From the IMG/VR virus record IMGVR_UViG_3300012928_003129, positions 12,182 to 76,181 of that record: 64,000 bases of DNA. One strand, written 5' to 3'. The notes under the pieces are model-generated. The model was not told where the DNA came from. It saw only the letters and a program-made list of their open reading frames with translations, and did not search any database. Positions 9,373 to 18,556 of this stretch are shown here, one piece after another. The stretch's first letter is position 1. Each line of letters begins with the position of its first letter. Source of the DNA: a virus. A program made the position numbers and the translations under genes.

Positions 9373-9887
9373 ATGCCAAAATTTTATAGACAAAATAAAA
9401 AGAGAATTGACCCTCGTTACTTTTTAAACGAGACAACAAATAGAGATGAAAATATCAATGAGATTGATTTAGATTACGCATCCGACTTGGAATATCAATA
9501 CAACCAAGCAAAGGAATATGAAAAGAAGACTGAACAAGGATATACGGATAAACAAAAAGAGGACATGGAAACCTCTTTAGAGTTTAAAGTAATGCAACCA
9601 GAACGTGATGAAGTTTTATCTCAAGATGACCAGATCAAATTTGCAGATGTTATGAATGCATCCATGAATGGTGATCTTAGCCCTGAGCAAATTAAGGAAT
9701 TGATTCTTGCCACCGACGACGACAACCTCGACAACCTGAAGAAAGTTGTAAGCAAAATCGCTGGAAGTGGACAACAAGGGACCGGTGCTGGTATCGACTT
9801 ATCTAAGGTCGACCGAGATCGCGACGGTAAAATATCTGCTGACCAATTAGCAAATATTGCAAACGCTATAAAAAAGAATCAAGCTTA

Positions 9888-9888
<1 letters not shown>
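9373..9888 (+). CDS. hypothetical protein with EF-hand-like loop
   Basis: GGAG SD; DRDRDGKISADQL matches DxDxDG loop; TAG at 9886-9888. Confidence 0.7.
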
Positions 9889-10195
<307 letters not shown>

Positions 10196-10263
10196 CCAAA
10201 ATTCACACAATTGACACACAGTTTCCTGTAAGATAGGGTATACTTATCTGAAAAAGGAACAAT

Positions 10264-11199
10264 ATGTTAGAAACAATCTTGCCCATGCTCGGTATCTTCT
10301 TTGCCGGAGCAGCAGTAATAAACAACGATGCAGTTCAAACTCTTGGAACTTTTATGTCATCAAATAGAAAGGTGGCTTGGTGGAAACTTTGGGCCGCTGC
10401 ATCAACTATCTTGGTCGGAACCATAACTTGGGGCTGGATCCAGAATAATGGTGATCTATCTTTTGGCCGTCTCACGGATATACCTTATGCTCCAATACAG
10501 TGGTATCACGTTCTAGCACCCGCAACATTGTTGGTACTTACAAGAGTTGGGGTTCCAGTGTCCACAACCTTTTTGGTGCTTTCTGTATTCAGTACTGGAG
10601 TTGTATTTGAAAAAATGCTTGTCAAGAGTATGTTGGGTTATGCTGTGGCCGCTTGTGTGGCATATGGCTTTTGGCTGGCTTTAGCAAACTTTATGGACGA
10701 GAAAAAGAAAGTTCCAAAATACCAAAAGAAATATTGGCAGACAGCACAATGGTTTACAACTGGTTTTCTTTGGTTTACTTGGTTAACTCACGACATTGCA
10801 AATATTGCAGTCTTCTTGCCTAGGCAAGTAGGTTGGGAAACATTGGCTTGCGTCTTGGTATTCTTATCTACAGTCTTGGCCTATATGTTCAAATCGGGCG
10901 GAGGAAGGATACAAGAAATAGTTTCAAAGAAATCCTCCACATCCTATGTGAGATCTGCCACTATTATCGACTTTGTGTATGCTATCATTCTCATAGTGTT
11001 TAAAGAATGGTCAAATGTGCCAATGTCTACCACTTGGGTATTTGTTGGCTTGTTGTGTGGTCGAGAACTGGCTATTGCAACTTGGTATAACAGAAAAATT
11101 AAAAGAGTTTTCCCAATAGTTGCAAAAGATTTTTTAAAAGTAATGATGGGCCTTGCTGTGTCTGTAGTGATGGTTTTATTGGTCCAAGCAATTAAATAA
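10264..11199 (+). CDS. PiT (PHO4)-like inorganic phosphate transporter family membrane protein
   Basis: About 10 hydrophobic segments; duplicated ND/HD..AN and PVSTT/PMSTT signatures. Confidence 0.7.
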   Translation: MLETILPMLGIFFAGAAVINNDAVQTLGTFMSSNRKVAWWKLWAAASTILVGTITWGWIQNNGDLSFGRLTDIPYAPIQWYHVLAPATLLVLTRVGVPVSTTFLVLSVFSTGVVFEKMLVKSMLGYAVAACVAYGFWLALANFMDEKKKVPKYQKKYWQTAQWFTTGFLWFTWLTHDIANIAVFLPRQVGWETLACVLVFLSTVLAYMFKSGGGRIQEIVSKKSSTSYVRSATIIDFVYAIILIVFKEWSNVPMSTTWVFVGLLCGRELAIATWYNRKIKRVFPIVAKDFLKVMMGLAVSVVMVLLVQAIK

Positions 11200-11200
11200 T

Positions 11201-11208
11201 ACTATTTA
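11201..11208 (+). promoter_or_regulatory. putative late promoter ACTATTTA, 4 nt before ATG
   Basis: Recurrent motif with fixed spacing; no SD. Confidence 0.55.
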
Positions 11209-11212
11209 TTAT

Positions 11213-12073
11213 ATGAAGCTTATCAAGCCAATCGTTGGCGAAACTCCCCTTATAAAAATCTCAAGTAAAATTTATGCAAAATTGGAGACCTACAATCCTG
11301 CCGGATCTGTAAAGGACAGAATGATAACATATGTTGTCGACAGAGCACGAATGTTTGGAAAGATAAATGACAACTCAGTACTTTGCGATGCAACAAGTGG
11401 TAATACAGGTATAGCCCTCTCCATGACAGCAGCATCTATGGGTTTGCCTTGTTTGATATTTATGCCAGGAAATATGTCGGAAGAACGTAAACAAATGATG
11501 AAAATGTATGGAGCTAAAATAATTGAAGCTCCGGACGATGATTTTGTAGGAGCAATCGCCATGCGTGATCAATACTTGAAAGCAAATGAAAATGCTTGGT
11601 CTCCAATGCAATTTAGCAATCAAGAGAATGTACATTGCCACCAACACCAGACAGCGCCAGAAATACACAAGCAGGTTATACAAAGAAAATATCTTTGGTC
11701 AGCTTTCATCCATGGCGCCGGCACGGGAGGTACTATGGAAGGTATACGAAGATACAAAGAAATACAAAACTTAAAAACAAAACTTTGTCTTGTTCAGCCA
11801 GTTGAATCACCTCATGGAATACAAGGTATAGCAGATGGTAAAGATTTTTTATTTAACTCTGAAGATGCAGATAAAATTATTCCAATTAAAACAGAAGACG
11901 CAATAAATAGGGCAAAGCAGTTTGCTCGTGAAACAGGTATACTAGTAGGCATTTCATCGGGCGCTAATATATTAGCATCGGAGAGATATGTCCAAAATAG
12001 ACTAATGTCTGGAATAGTGGTAACAATGCTCTGCGATAGAGGTGAACGTTATATGTCTATTTATGGTAAATAA
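11213..12073 (+). CDS. cysK: cysteine synthase (PLP-dependent, CysK/CysM family)
   Basis: TPL, KLETYNPAGSVKDR, TSGNTG, GTGGT, HGIQGI, GISSGAN, DRGERY. Confidence 0.92.
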   Translation: MKLIKPIVGETPLIKISSKIYAKLETYNPAGSVKDRMITYVVDRARMFGKINDNSVLCDATSGNTGIALSMTAASMGLPCLIFMPGNMSEERKQMMKMYGAKIIEAPDDDFVGAIAMRDQYLKANENAWSPMQFSNQENVHCHQHQTAPEIHKQVIQRKYLWSAFIHGAGTGGTMEGIRRYKEIQNLKTKLCLVQPVESPHGIQGIADGKDFLFNSEDADKIIPIKTEDAINRAKQFARETGILVGISSGANILASERYVQNRLMSGIVVTMLCDRGERYMSIYGK

Positions 12074-12074
12074 C

Positions 12075-12082
12075 ACTATTTA
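12075..12082 (+). promoter_or_regulatory. putative late promoter ACTATTTA, 4 nt before ATG
   Basis: Recurrent motif with fixed spacing. Confidence 0.55.
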
Positions 12083-12086
12083 ATAC

Positions 12087-12656
12087 ATGGACAAGAAAAC
12101 ATTAATACAAATTATCAAAGAAGAAGTTGAAAAGCTGCTCTCTGAGAAGAAAAAAGAAAAGAAACATGCCATGTATAATCCTAAAACAGGTAAGAAGGAA
12201 ATGGCAGATGGTGAAAAGCATAAGAAATTAGCAAAGAAAGGCTATGTTCACTTTGATCCAAAAAAGGTCATAGCGGCCACTGATAAGGAAGGCGGCGCCG
12301 CCGGCCTTGACGCAATAGTAAAACACACCAATGCTGATAAAGAAGAATTAAAAAAAAATATCACAAAAGTAAAAGGTATAGTAAAACATACTAAAGGTGA
12401 TTATATCACAACAAGTACTGGCCGAAAAGTTGCTGAAGAAATAATAAAACAAGAAATTGAAGCCGTTCTTGATGAGAAACGAAAAAAACGTAAAAAGAAA
12501 AAAAAGAAAAAGAAATCTTCCGGGAAAAAAGATGCCTGCTACTACAAAGTAAAAAGCAGATATAAAATATGGCCCTCAGCTTATGCGTCCGGTGCATTAG
12601 TGCGTTGTCGCAAGGTCGGAGCAAAAAACTGGGGCAACAAGAGCAAAAAGAAATGA
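12087..12656 (+). CDS. Lys-rich modular phage protein
   Basis: IIKEE leader; DACYYKVKSRYKIWPSAYASGALVRCRK module. Confidence 0.75.
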   Translation: MDKKTLIQIIKEEVEKLLSEKKKEKKHAMYNPKTGKKEMADGEKHKKLAKKGYVHFDPKKVIAATDKEGGAAGLDAIVKHTNADKEELKKNITKVKGIVKHTKGDYITTSTGRKVAEEIIKQEIEAVLDEKRKKRKKKKKKKKSSGKKDACYYKVKSRYKIWPSAYASGALVRCRKVGAKNWGNKSKKK

Positions 12657-13138
12657 AAAAACAAGAACTTATTGACATTATAAAAGAAGAGATTGAGATT
12701 ATCTTATTGGAAAGGTGTCAAAAAGGTTACAAAACTCATCCAAAAAGAAAAACCAAAAAAATGTATGGAAAGACATACAGAAATTGTATAAAAGCTGAAG
12801 AAGCAAATGAGGAACCAGATACAGACGAGGTTTTAGGCGAAAAGAAAAGTAAACGAGATGGAAAAGGATCCCGTAGCAAAGGTTATTCTCTTAGAGATTG
12901 GTTTAAAGGTGGTGGATGGGTCCAGACAGGTGGAAAGTACGACGGAAAACCTTGTGCAAAACAACCTGGACAAAAATCAAAACCATATTGCAGAGACCCT
13001 GATGATAGAGCTAAATTAAGCAAATCAGAGAGAGAAAAAAGAGTTAAAAAGAAAAGAAGAGAGGATGGAGATTCAAATAGACGTGGTCCCGCTAAGAACG
13101 TAAGTCAAAAACGTAAAAAAAGGAAGAGTAAAAAATAA
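12653..13138 (+). CDS. Lys/Arg-rich modular phage protein
   Basis: True start ATG 12653 (ATGA overlap), MKKQELIDIIKEE; CQKGYK..NC and LRDWF..PC..PYC modules. Confidence 0.75.
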   Translation: MKKQELIDIIKEEIEIILLERCQKGYKTHPKRKTKKMYGKTYRNCIKAEEANEEPDTDEVLGEKKSKRDGKGSRSKGYSLRDWFKGGGWVQTGGKYDGKPCAKQPGQKSKPYCRDPDDRAKLSKSEREKRVKKKRREDGDSNRRGPAKNVSQKRKKRKSKK

Positions 13139-13905
13139 TGAAAAAAATAAATATTAATATAACAGAAGGAGGTTGCGATCCTTGCAATGCTGCAGCGCCA
13201 CTCCCAGAAGATCCAAAGAACTATAAAAATGTACATAATGGCGAGGAGGCCAGAATGCACAGAACAACGCTTGCTCATCTTATGGCTGATGTAAAAGTTC
13301 TATTAGATTTGATAGATGATGAAGATGATCTACCAGAGTGGCTAGAAACTAAGATTACTAAGGCAGGAGATTATATGTCATCCGCGGCACGATACATTGC
13401 CGGCAACGAAGCTAGAGACCACGGACAACTTGAAGAAAAGAAAAATTGCGGATGCGACCAAGACCCTTGCATAACTTACGGAAAACAACAAATAAGTGAA
13501 GAGGTTATAGAAGAAGATGTTTGCAGCATCAATGATTATTTTAATCTTTATGAAGCACTTCAGGACGCTGTAGATGAAAATGGAAATACGCCTTGTCCAC
13601 AATGTTTGTATGAAACACTAGTGGAGAATGACTCAGCACCAGTCGAAATGTTGGAAGAGGCTAAATATAAGGGAAAGAAAGTTAAGCTCGGAAAACCTCG
13701 CCGCGGCGGCTCTAAAAAGTTTTATGTTTACGTAAAGGGTTGCGCAAAAGATAAATCCCGTGTAACAAAAGTAAGCTTTGGAGATCCAAATATGAAAATA
13801 AAAAAGTCTAACCCGAAACGAAGAAAGTCTTTCAGAGCGAGACACAAATGCGCAACAGCAAAAGACAGGTGCACTGCAAGATATTGGTCATGCAGAAAGT
13901 GGTAA
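13138..13905 (+). CDS. modular phage protein, acidic middle and basic Cys-containing C-terminus
   Basis: DLPEWLETKITKAGDY module; KVSFGDPNM..RRKSFRARHKC..YWSCRKW module. Confidence 0.75.
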   Translation: MKKININITEGGCDPCNAAAPLPEDPKNYKNVHNGEEARMHRTTLAHLMADVKVLLDLIDDEDDLPEWLETKITKAGDYMSSAARYIAGNEARDHGQLEEKKNCGCDQDPCITYGKQQISEEVIEEDVCSINDYFNLYEALQDAVDENGNTPCPQCLYETLVENDSAPVEMLEEAKYKGKKVKLGKPRRGGSKKFYVYVKGCAKDKSRVTKVSFGDPNMKIKKSNPKRRKSFRARHKCATAKDRCTARYWSCRKW

Positions 13906-13910
13906 AATAC

Positions 13911-13939
13911 TTGACATAAATAAAATAATATGATATAAA
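13911..13939 (+). promoter_or_regulatory. sigma70-type promoter for tilS (probably leaderless mRNA)
   Basis: TTGACA-17 nt-TATAAA with extended -10 TG; ATG 7 nt after -10; no SD. Confidence 0.75.
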
Positions 13940-13945
13940 TAATTT

Positions 13946-14548
13946 ATGATTAGAATTATTGGTAAAATACCGCCAACTATAACTGTAGCTTGCTCTGGCG
14001 GCATAGATTCTATGGCATTTGTGCATTTTCTTTTACAAGGGAGAAGAAAACTTAATTTAGCATATTTTAATCATGACACTCAGCATTCTCACAAAGCACA
14101 AAAGTTTGTAGAAAATTTTGCTTCCGATAACAACTTAAGTCTATTTATTGGTAGAGTGAAAGGTCGTAAGGGTAAGCGATCATTGGAAGAATTTTGGAGA
14201 GACGAAAGATATGATTTCTTGCAGCGCACTGGCAGCGACTATACTATTACTTGTCATCATCTCGACGATTGCGTAGAAACTTGGCTAATGTCTAGTTTTC
14301 ATGGCCAAAGCAAGTTAATACCATTTCAAAGAAATAAAAATATTTTTAGACCATTTCTTATGACATCAAAAAAAACAATAAAAGATTACGCAGACAGAAA
14401 AGGAGTGACCTGGATAGAAGATCCAACAAATCAGAAAACAAATTTCATGAGAAATCACGTTCGCAACAACGTTATGCCACAGGTTCTAAAAGTAAATCCA
14501 GGAATTAGAAGTACTATAAGAAAAAAATTAATTGAAACATACCTTTAA
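13946..14548 (+). CDS. tilS: tRNA(Ile)-lysidine synthetase (catalytic domain only)
   Basis: PP-loop SGGIDS, RDERY, HHLDD.ET, RPFL, EDPTN...RNHVR. Confidence 0.93.
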   Translation: MIRIIGKIPPTITVACSGGIDSMAFVHFLLQGRRKLNLAYFNHDTQHSHKAQKFVENFASDNNLSLFIGRVKGRKGKRSLEEFWRDERYDFLQRTGSDYTITCHHLDDCVETWLMSSFHGQSKLIPFQRNKNIFRPFLMTSKKTIKDYADRKGVTWIEDPTNQKTNFMRNHVRNNVMPQVLKVNPGIRSTIRKKLIETYL

Positions 14549-14561
14549 CGTATGGTATAAA
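14532..14561 (+). promoter_or_regulatory. possible sigma70-type promoter for tRNA
   Basis: TTGAAA-18 nt-TATAAA with TG extension. Confidence 0.45.
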
Positions 14562-14571
14562 ATAAATGTAA

Positions 14572-14645
14572 GGGCCTATAGCTCAATTGGTTAGAGCTAC
14601 GGTCTCATAAACCGTCGGTTCCTGGTTCAAGTCCAGGTGGGCCCA
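14572..14645 (+). tRNA. tRNA-Ile2 (CAU anticodon, lysidine-type); CCA not encoded
   Basis: Full cloverleaf GGGCCTA/TGGGCCC-A, anticodon CAT 14606-14608, C4-G69 and C5-G68 pairs, A73, adjacent to tilS. Confidence 0.9.
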
Positions 14646-14667
14646 CTTAATCTTAAAAGGAGAAAAA

Positions 14668-14844
14668 ATGATTACTGAAAAATTAAAAGAAATTTTAGAA
14701 GAACTAGCAACAGCAGAAGAGGACGCAGAAAAGTGTGAACAAGGTAACGCTTCTGCGGGCCGCCGGGTTCGCAAGGCTTCGATGAACGCAATTAAGGAAC
14801 TAAAAGAACTTAGAGCAGCGGTTCTTGAGCACATTAAGGGGTAG
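14668..14844 (+). CDS. histone H1-like Hc1-family protein (58 aa)
   Basis: AAGGAG SD; EDAEKCEQGNASAGRRVRKASMNAIKELKELR resembles Hc1 N-terminal domain; not in ORF track. Confidence 0.75.
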   Translation: MITEKLKEILEELATAEEDAEKCEQGNASAGRRVRKASMNAIKELKELRAAVLEHIKG

Positions 14845-14845
14845 C

Positions 14846-15484
14846 ATGAGAGATTATTTTTGGGGCTCTAAAGAAGAGCAAGAAGAAGGTTCGCCATCAA
14901 CGATCCATGAGGCAGCTAGTGAATCAAAGGCGCATGCTTCTACGGATAATAATGTTGTAGAATTTAGTCATAACAGGATCTATTTTTATTCCGGGGTTAC
15001 TCGGCCGAAAGTGTTGCAACTTAACAAAGGTATTTTCAACCTAAATGTAAATATGTTGTCAAAAACAGGCCCCCTAGAATATAATCCTCCGCCAATTAAG
15101 TTGCACATTAACAGTTATGGAGGATCAGTCTTCGCAGGCTTATCGGCAGTAGATTATATTAAAAATTCTAAAATACCAGTACATAGTATTATTGATGGCT
15201 GTGCAGCTTCAGCCGCAACTTTAATGTCTTGCGTTGCAGAGAGAAGGTTCATGCATAAAAACGCCTGTATGTTAGTGCATCAATTATCTGGCATGATGTG
15301 GGGAAAATTTCAAGAAATGCAAGATGATATGGAAAATTCTGAGATGCTAATGGAAAAGATAAAGAATATTTATAGAGAACACACTAAGATTCCCAAAAAA
15401 GAGATGGACAATATCTTAAAACATGATCTTTGGTGGGAGGCTGAAAAGTGTTTAGAATATGGACTAGTAGATGAGTTAATTTAA
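14846..15484 (+). CDS. clpP: ClpP-like serine protease (S14)
   Basis: INSYGG, AASAA (Ser), LVHQ (His), HDLWW (Asp), YGLVDE. Confidence 0.88.
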   Translation: MRDYFWGSKEEQEEGSPSTIHEAASESKAHASTDNNVVEFSHNRIYFYSGVTRPKVLQLNKGIFNLNVNMLSKTGPLEYNPPPIKLHINSYGGSVFAGLSAVDYIKNSKIPVHSIIDGCAASAATLMSCVAERRFMHKNACMLVHQLSGMMWGKFQEMQDDMENSEMLMEKIKNIYREHTKIPKKEMDNILKHDLWWEAEKCLEYGLVDELI

Positions 15485-15486
15485 CA

Positions 15487-15801
15487 ATGCCTAAAAATAC
15501 TAAAACAGAAGTGGAAACTAGAGATATTACTCTAGAGGAGTCTCATGAGATTCTTGTAAAACATATACAGGGGAAAGAGCAACTACTCCAGTTTAAGAAC
15601 CACAGAAAATATACAAAATTAAATAATACATTCAGATTTACGGTAAGTATTATATCTTTAGACTTTCTTATAACGTTGATGGAAGATGAAAATATAGCGA
15701 ATGTATACTTCAATCCAGCCATTCCGCCCCCCGGAACAGGTATGGATGGTGTCTCTTTGAGATACAAAATTTATGTAGAATATTATAAGAAGGAGGTTTA
15801 A
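15487..15801 (+). CDS. hypothetical protein
   Basis: 104-aa ORF in operon. Confidence 0.6.
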   Translation: MPKNTKTEVETRDITLEESHEILVKHIQGKEQLLQFKNHRKYTKLNNTFRFTVSIISLDFLITLMEDENIANVYFNPAIPPPGTGMDGVSLRYKIYVEYYKKEV

Positions 15802-15802
15802 A

Positions 15803-15979
15803 ATGCAATCAATTAGAACAATACAAAACAGATTACACAAATTAAAGGTAGAAATTATGGAAATAGAAGAATCAATTGAGAGAGCAGAGAAAAATAACAA
15901 GCCTCATTTTGCTAATAGGTTAAGATTGATGATTCAAAGAAAATTGGAGAAGATTAGTTCTTTATCGGAGGAAGGTTAA
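15803..15979 (+). CDS. small coiled-coil protein (58 aa)
   Basis: AAGGAGGT SD; MQSIRTIQNRLHKLK...SEEG*; not in ORF track. Confidence 0.6.
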   Translation: MQSIRTIQNRLHKLKVEIMEIEESIERAEKNNKPHFANRLRLMIQRKLEKISSLSEEG

Positions 15980-16709
15980 TAATATTTTTACCTTGATACA
16001 TTTTTTTAACCTTCCATAAAAATATAGCAGAAGCATCCCAATTGGTCATAATAGAAACATGATGAAAGTTATGAGCAGCCCATAGTACCCCAACAACTTT
16101 GTTATTCATATCCATAACTGCAGACCCAGATGAGCCCCCTGTAGCAGGGATCGATACTAGTGCGTTAGAAGCATCCATCTGCCCACTGTACAGGCCTGTC
16201 AACAAAGGAACAACAGGAGGGTAATATATGCCCTCAGGCGCACCCATATAGTATAGCTCTTGACCCACCCTTGGTCGAAACATTGAAAAATCGACTCCTT
16301 TAGATTTTAAAGTCGGCACCCATAAAGCACACATGTCAACTTCGCCTTTTGAATTATCTTGAGTAGATAATATTATGTGAGCTTGGTGTTTGACGCTTTT
16401 ATGATCTTGTACGGTAACTCTTTCCCTATAAGATGATATTTTCAATTCATCAACCGCAGAAGAGCAAACGTGTCCGGCTGTGATCACTACAGTTTGGTTT
16501 TCTATAACATTCATAATTATGCCACTGCCCAATGATTGGTATTCGCCTCGGGGACATCTATTTTTAAATGGTTTGGTGCATTCTAATATTTCTATATCAT
16601 GATAAACTTTAACAAAACTCTCTAAAGGAGGGTCAACTTTTTTCTGTAAATTTATAGTTGTGCAACTAAAAAATAAAAAAGATAATAAAAATAGGAGTTT
16701 CTTGTGCAT
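15954..16709 (-). CDS. trypsin-like serine protease, predicted lipoprotein
   Basis: Signal peptide MHKKLLFLLSFLFFSC; TAGHV, VDMC, GGSSGS catalytic motifs. Confidence 0.85.
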   Translation of the reverse strand: MHKKLLFLLSFLFFSCTTINLQKKVDPPLESFVKVYHDIEILECTKPFKNRCPRGEYQSLGSGIIMNVIENQTVVITAGHVCSSAVDELKISSYRERVTVQDHKSVKHQAHIILSTQDNSKGEVDMCALWVPTLKSKGVDFSMFRPRVGQELYYMGAPEGIYYPPVVPLLTGLYSGQMDASNALVSIPATGGSSGSAVMDMNNKVVGVLWAAHNFHHVSIMTNWDASAIFLWKVKKMYQGKNIINLPPIKN

Positions 16710-16759
16710 ATATAATAAATATAATATGAAAAGCTTTATTTTTAAAAAGGAGATAAAAA

Positions 16760-16936
16760 ATGAACTTTATTTTAAGTAGTTTAACGATACTGTCCCTTTC
16801 TATTTGTGGCCCTGGTAAGCATACAATTGAGGAAACAATGGAAGTTGTTAAGCCCACAAGTCCAGAAAAAAATGAGTTAATAAAATTCAAAAAGGTTCCC
16901 ACCAAATGGGTAAAAATCACTAAAAAATCTAATTAA
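16760..16936 (+). CDS. small exported/lipoprotein-like protein (58 aa)
   Basis: AAGGAG SD; MNFILSSLTILSLSIC...; not in ORF track. Confidence 0.5.
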   Translation: MNFILSSLTILSLSICGPGKHTIEETMEVVKPTSPEKNELIKFKKVPTKWVKITKKSN

Positions 16937-16967
16937 TAGTGCTAATATAATATAAAAAGGACACATT

Positions 16968-18284
16968 TTGGCTAAAAAAACATACGTTCTAGATACAAGT
17001 GTTTATCTTACTGATTCTAATTGCATAAATTCATTTGGAAATAATGACATTGTAATTCCACTAAAAGTTTTAGAAGAAATAGATAAACACAAAAAAAGAC
17101 AGGATTCTGTAGGCTCACAAGCAAGATCTATTATAAGAAACTTAGATGCACTTAGAGATAAAGGGAGTTTATCAAAAGGCGTCCGTATAGATAAGGGAAT
17201 GGGAATTGTCAAGGTGGCAAGTTACAATCCTTTGTGTTTACCAGATGATTTGGATTTGGAAGATTCAGATAATCAAATAATTGCAACAGCATTGTCGGAA
17301 CAAGAGATAGCTCCAAAATCCAGAAAAGTTGTAGTGGTATCTAGAGATATTAACATGAGGGTTAAGTGTGACGCACTCGGACTATTAACTGATGATTATA
17401 ATGCAGAACAAGTAGTAGAATCATCAGAGGGTCTCTATACCGGCCGCTCAGAAATGCTGGTTGATGAACAAGTAATTGATAAATTTTATGCAGGTGATGA
17501 TATATGGATAGACAGTGAGGAACACAAACTTCACCCCAATCAGTTTGTGATGTTAATATCTAATTCAAATGATAAGAAAACAGCACTAGCGAGATTTATA
17601 AATTATAATACTCCTTTAAAGAAGATTATAAAAAGTTCAGCAAAGGTTTGGAGTACTAACCCTAGAAATAAAGAGCAGCAGTTTGCTTTTGAGCTACTAA
17701 TGGACCCTAGTGTGCCGGTAGTATCACTAGTTGGCAAAGCAGGTTCAGGAAAGACGTTATTGGCACTCGCAGCCGGACTTGAGCAAACGTTTAATGCTAA
17801 AAGTTTGTATAGGAAAATAGTAGTTACAAAACCGGTCGAACCGGTGGGCAAGGACATAGGCTTTTTACCTGGTACTATGGAAGAGAAAATGATGCCTTGG
17901 TTAGCGCCAATCCAAGATAATCTTCAATTCTTGATGGGAGACGATAAGGCAACGTTGGAAATGTATATGGATAAAGGTCAGATAGAAGTAGAGGCAATGA
18001 CATTTATTAGAGGCAGGTCAATCTCGAATGCATTTATAGTTATTGATGAAGTTCAAAATATGACCCAGCACGAAATCAAAACAGTTCTGACCCGGGTCGG
18101 TGAAGGTACAAAAATTGTTCTTACTGGCGATATAGAACAGATAGATAATGTGTATATTGATGCAACTAACAATGGTCTATCTTATGTCGTAGAGAGGCTA
18201 AAAAAAGAAAGCGTCACAGGTCACGTAACTTTATTGAAAGGAGAGCGATCAAAAGTCGCAACAATCGCAGCAACAAAATTATGA
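16968..18284 (+). CDS. phoH: PIN-PhoH (PhoH2/YlaK-type) ATPase
   Basis: YVLDTSV PIN start; Walker A GKAGSGKT; GFLPG, RGRS, IDEVQN, GDIEQID; TTG start. Confidence 0.95.
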   Translation: MAKKTYVLDTSVYLTDSNCINSFGNNDIVIPLKVLEEIDKHKKRQDSVGSQARSIIRNLDALRDKGSLSKGVRIDKGMGIVKVASYNPLCLPDDLDLEDSDNQIIATALSEQEIAPKSRKVVVVSRDINMRVKCDALGLLTDDYNAEQVVESSEGLYTGRSEMLVDEQVIDKFYAGDDIWIDSEEHKLHPNQFVMLISNSNDKKTALARFINYNTPLKKIIKSSAKVWSTNPRNKEQQFAFELLMDPSVPVVSLVGKAGSGKTLLALAAGLEQTFNAKSLYRKIVVTKPVEPVGKDIGFLPGTMEEKMMPWLAPIQDNLQFLMGDDKATLEMYMDKGQIEVEAMTFIRGRSISNAFIVIDEVQNMTQHEIKTVLTRVGEGTKIVLTGDIEQIDNVYIDATNNGLSYVVERLKKESVTGHVTLLKGERSKVATIAATKL

Positions 18285-18556
18285 GAAATCCGGATTTATT
18301 AAAAGAAATTGTCCCAACCGAAACAGAGCTTAAAAGTATAATAGTTAATTATGTAGGTAATTCGCTGAACCCTGAAGATGAAAATATAACAGTTGAGCAA
18401 ATTATAGAAATATTTGCAAAAGAGTTTCCAGAATTTTTATTAGCAGTAGCAGAAGAAAACTGGGTAAACGGATATACCCAGGCACTTAAAGATACAGAGG
18501 GCGTAAAAAATGACTTTAAAAAATTATATTCTGGAGAAGAAGAAAACCCAATTTAG
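18281..18556 (+). CDS. hypothetical protein
   Basis: Coupled ORF (AEENWVNGY). Confidence 0.65.
   Translation: MRNPDLLKEIVPTETELKSIIVNYVGNSLNPEDENITVEQIIEIFAKEFPEFLLAVAEENWVNGYTQALKDTEGVKNDFKKLYSGEEENPI

Noticed and set aside
10211-10244. sigma70 promoter from TTGACA at 10211
   Set aside because: No good -10 at 16-18 nt spacing (TATACT is 22 nt away)
12476-12515. A-rich tract as a slippage or repeat element (also about 4620-4650)
   Set aside because: Explained by poly-Lys coding; frame intact
14572-14645. tRNA-Met or initiator assignment for the CAU tRNA
   Set aside because: Has a G1-C72 pair, lacks the three G-C anticodon-stem pairs, carries Ile2-type acceptor pairs and adjoins tilS
14583-14834. 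Minus-strand 83-aa ORF
   Set aside because: Antisense to the tRNA and the Hc1-like gene; shadow ORF
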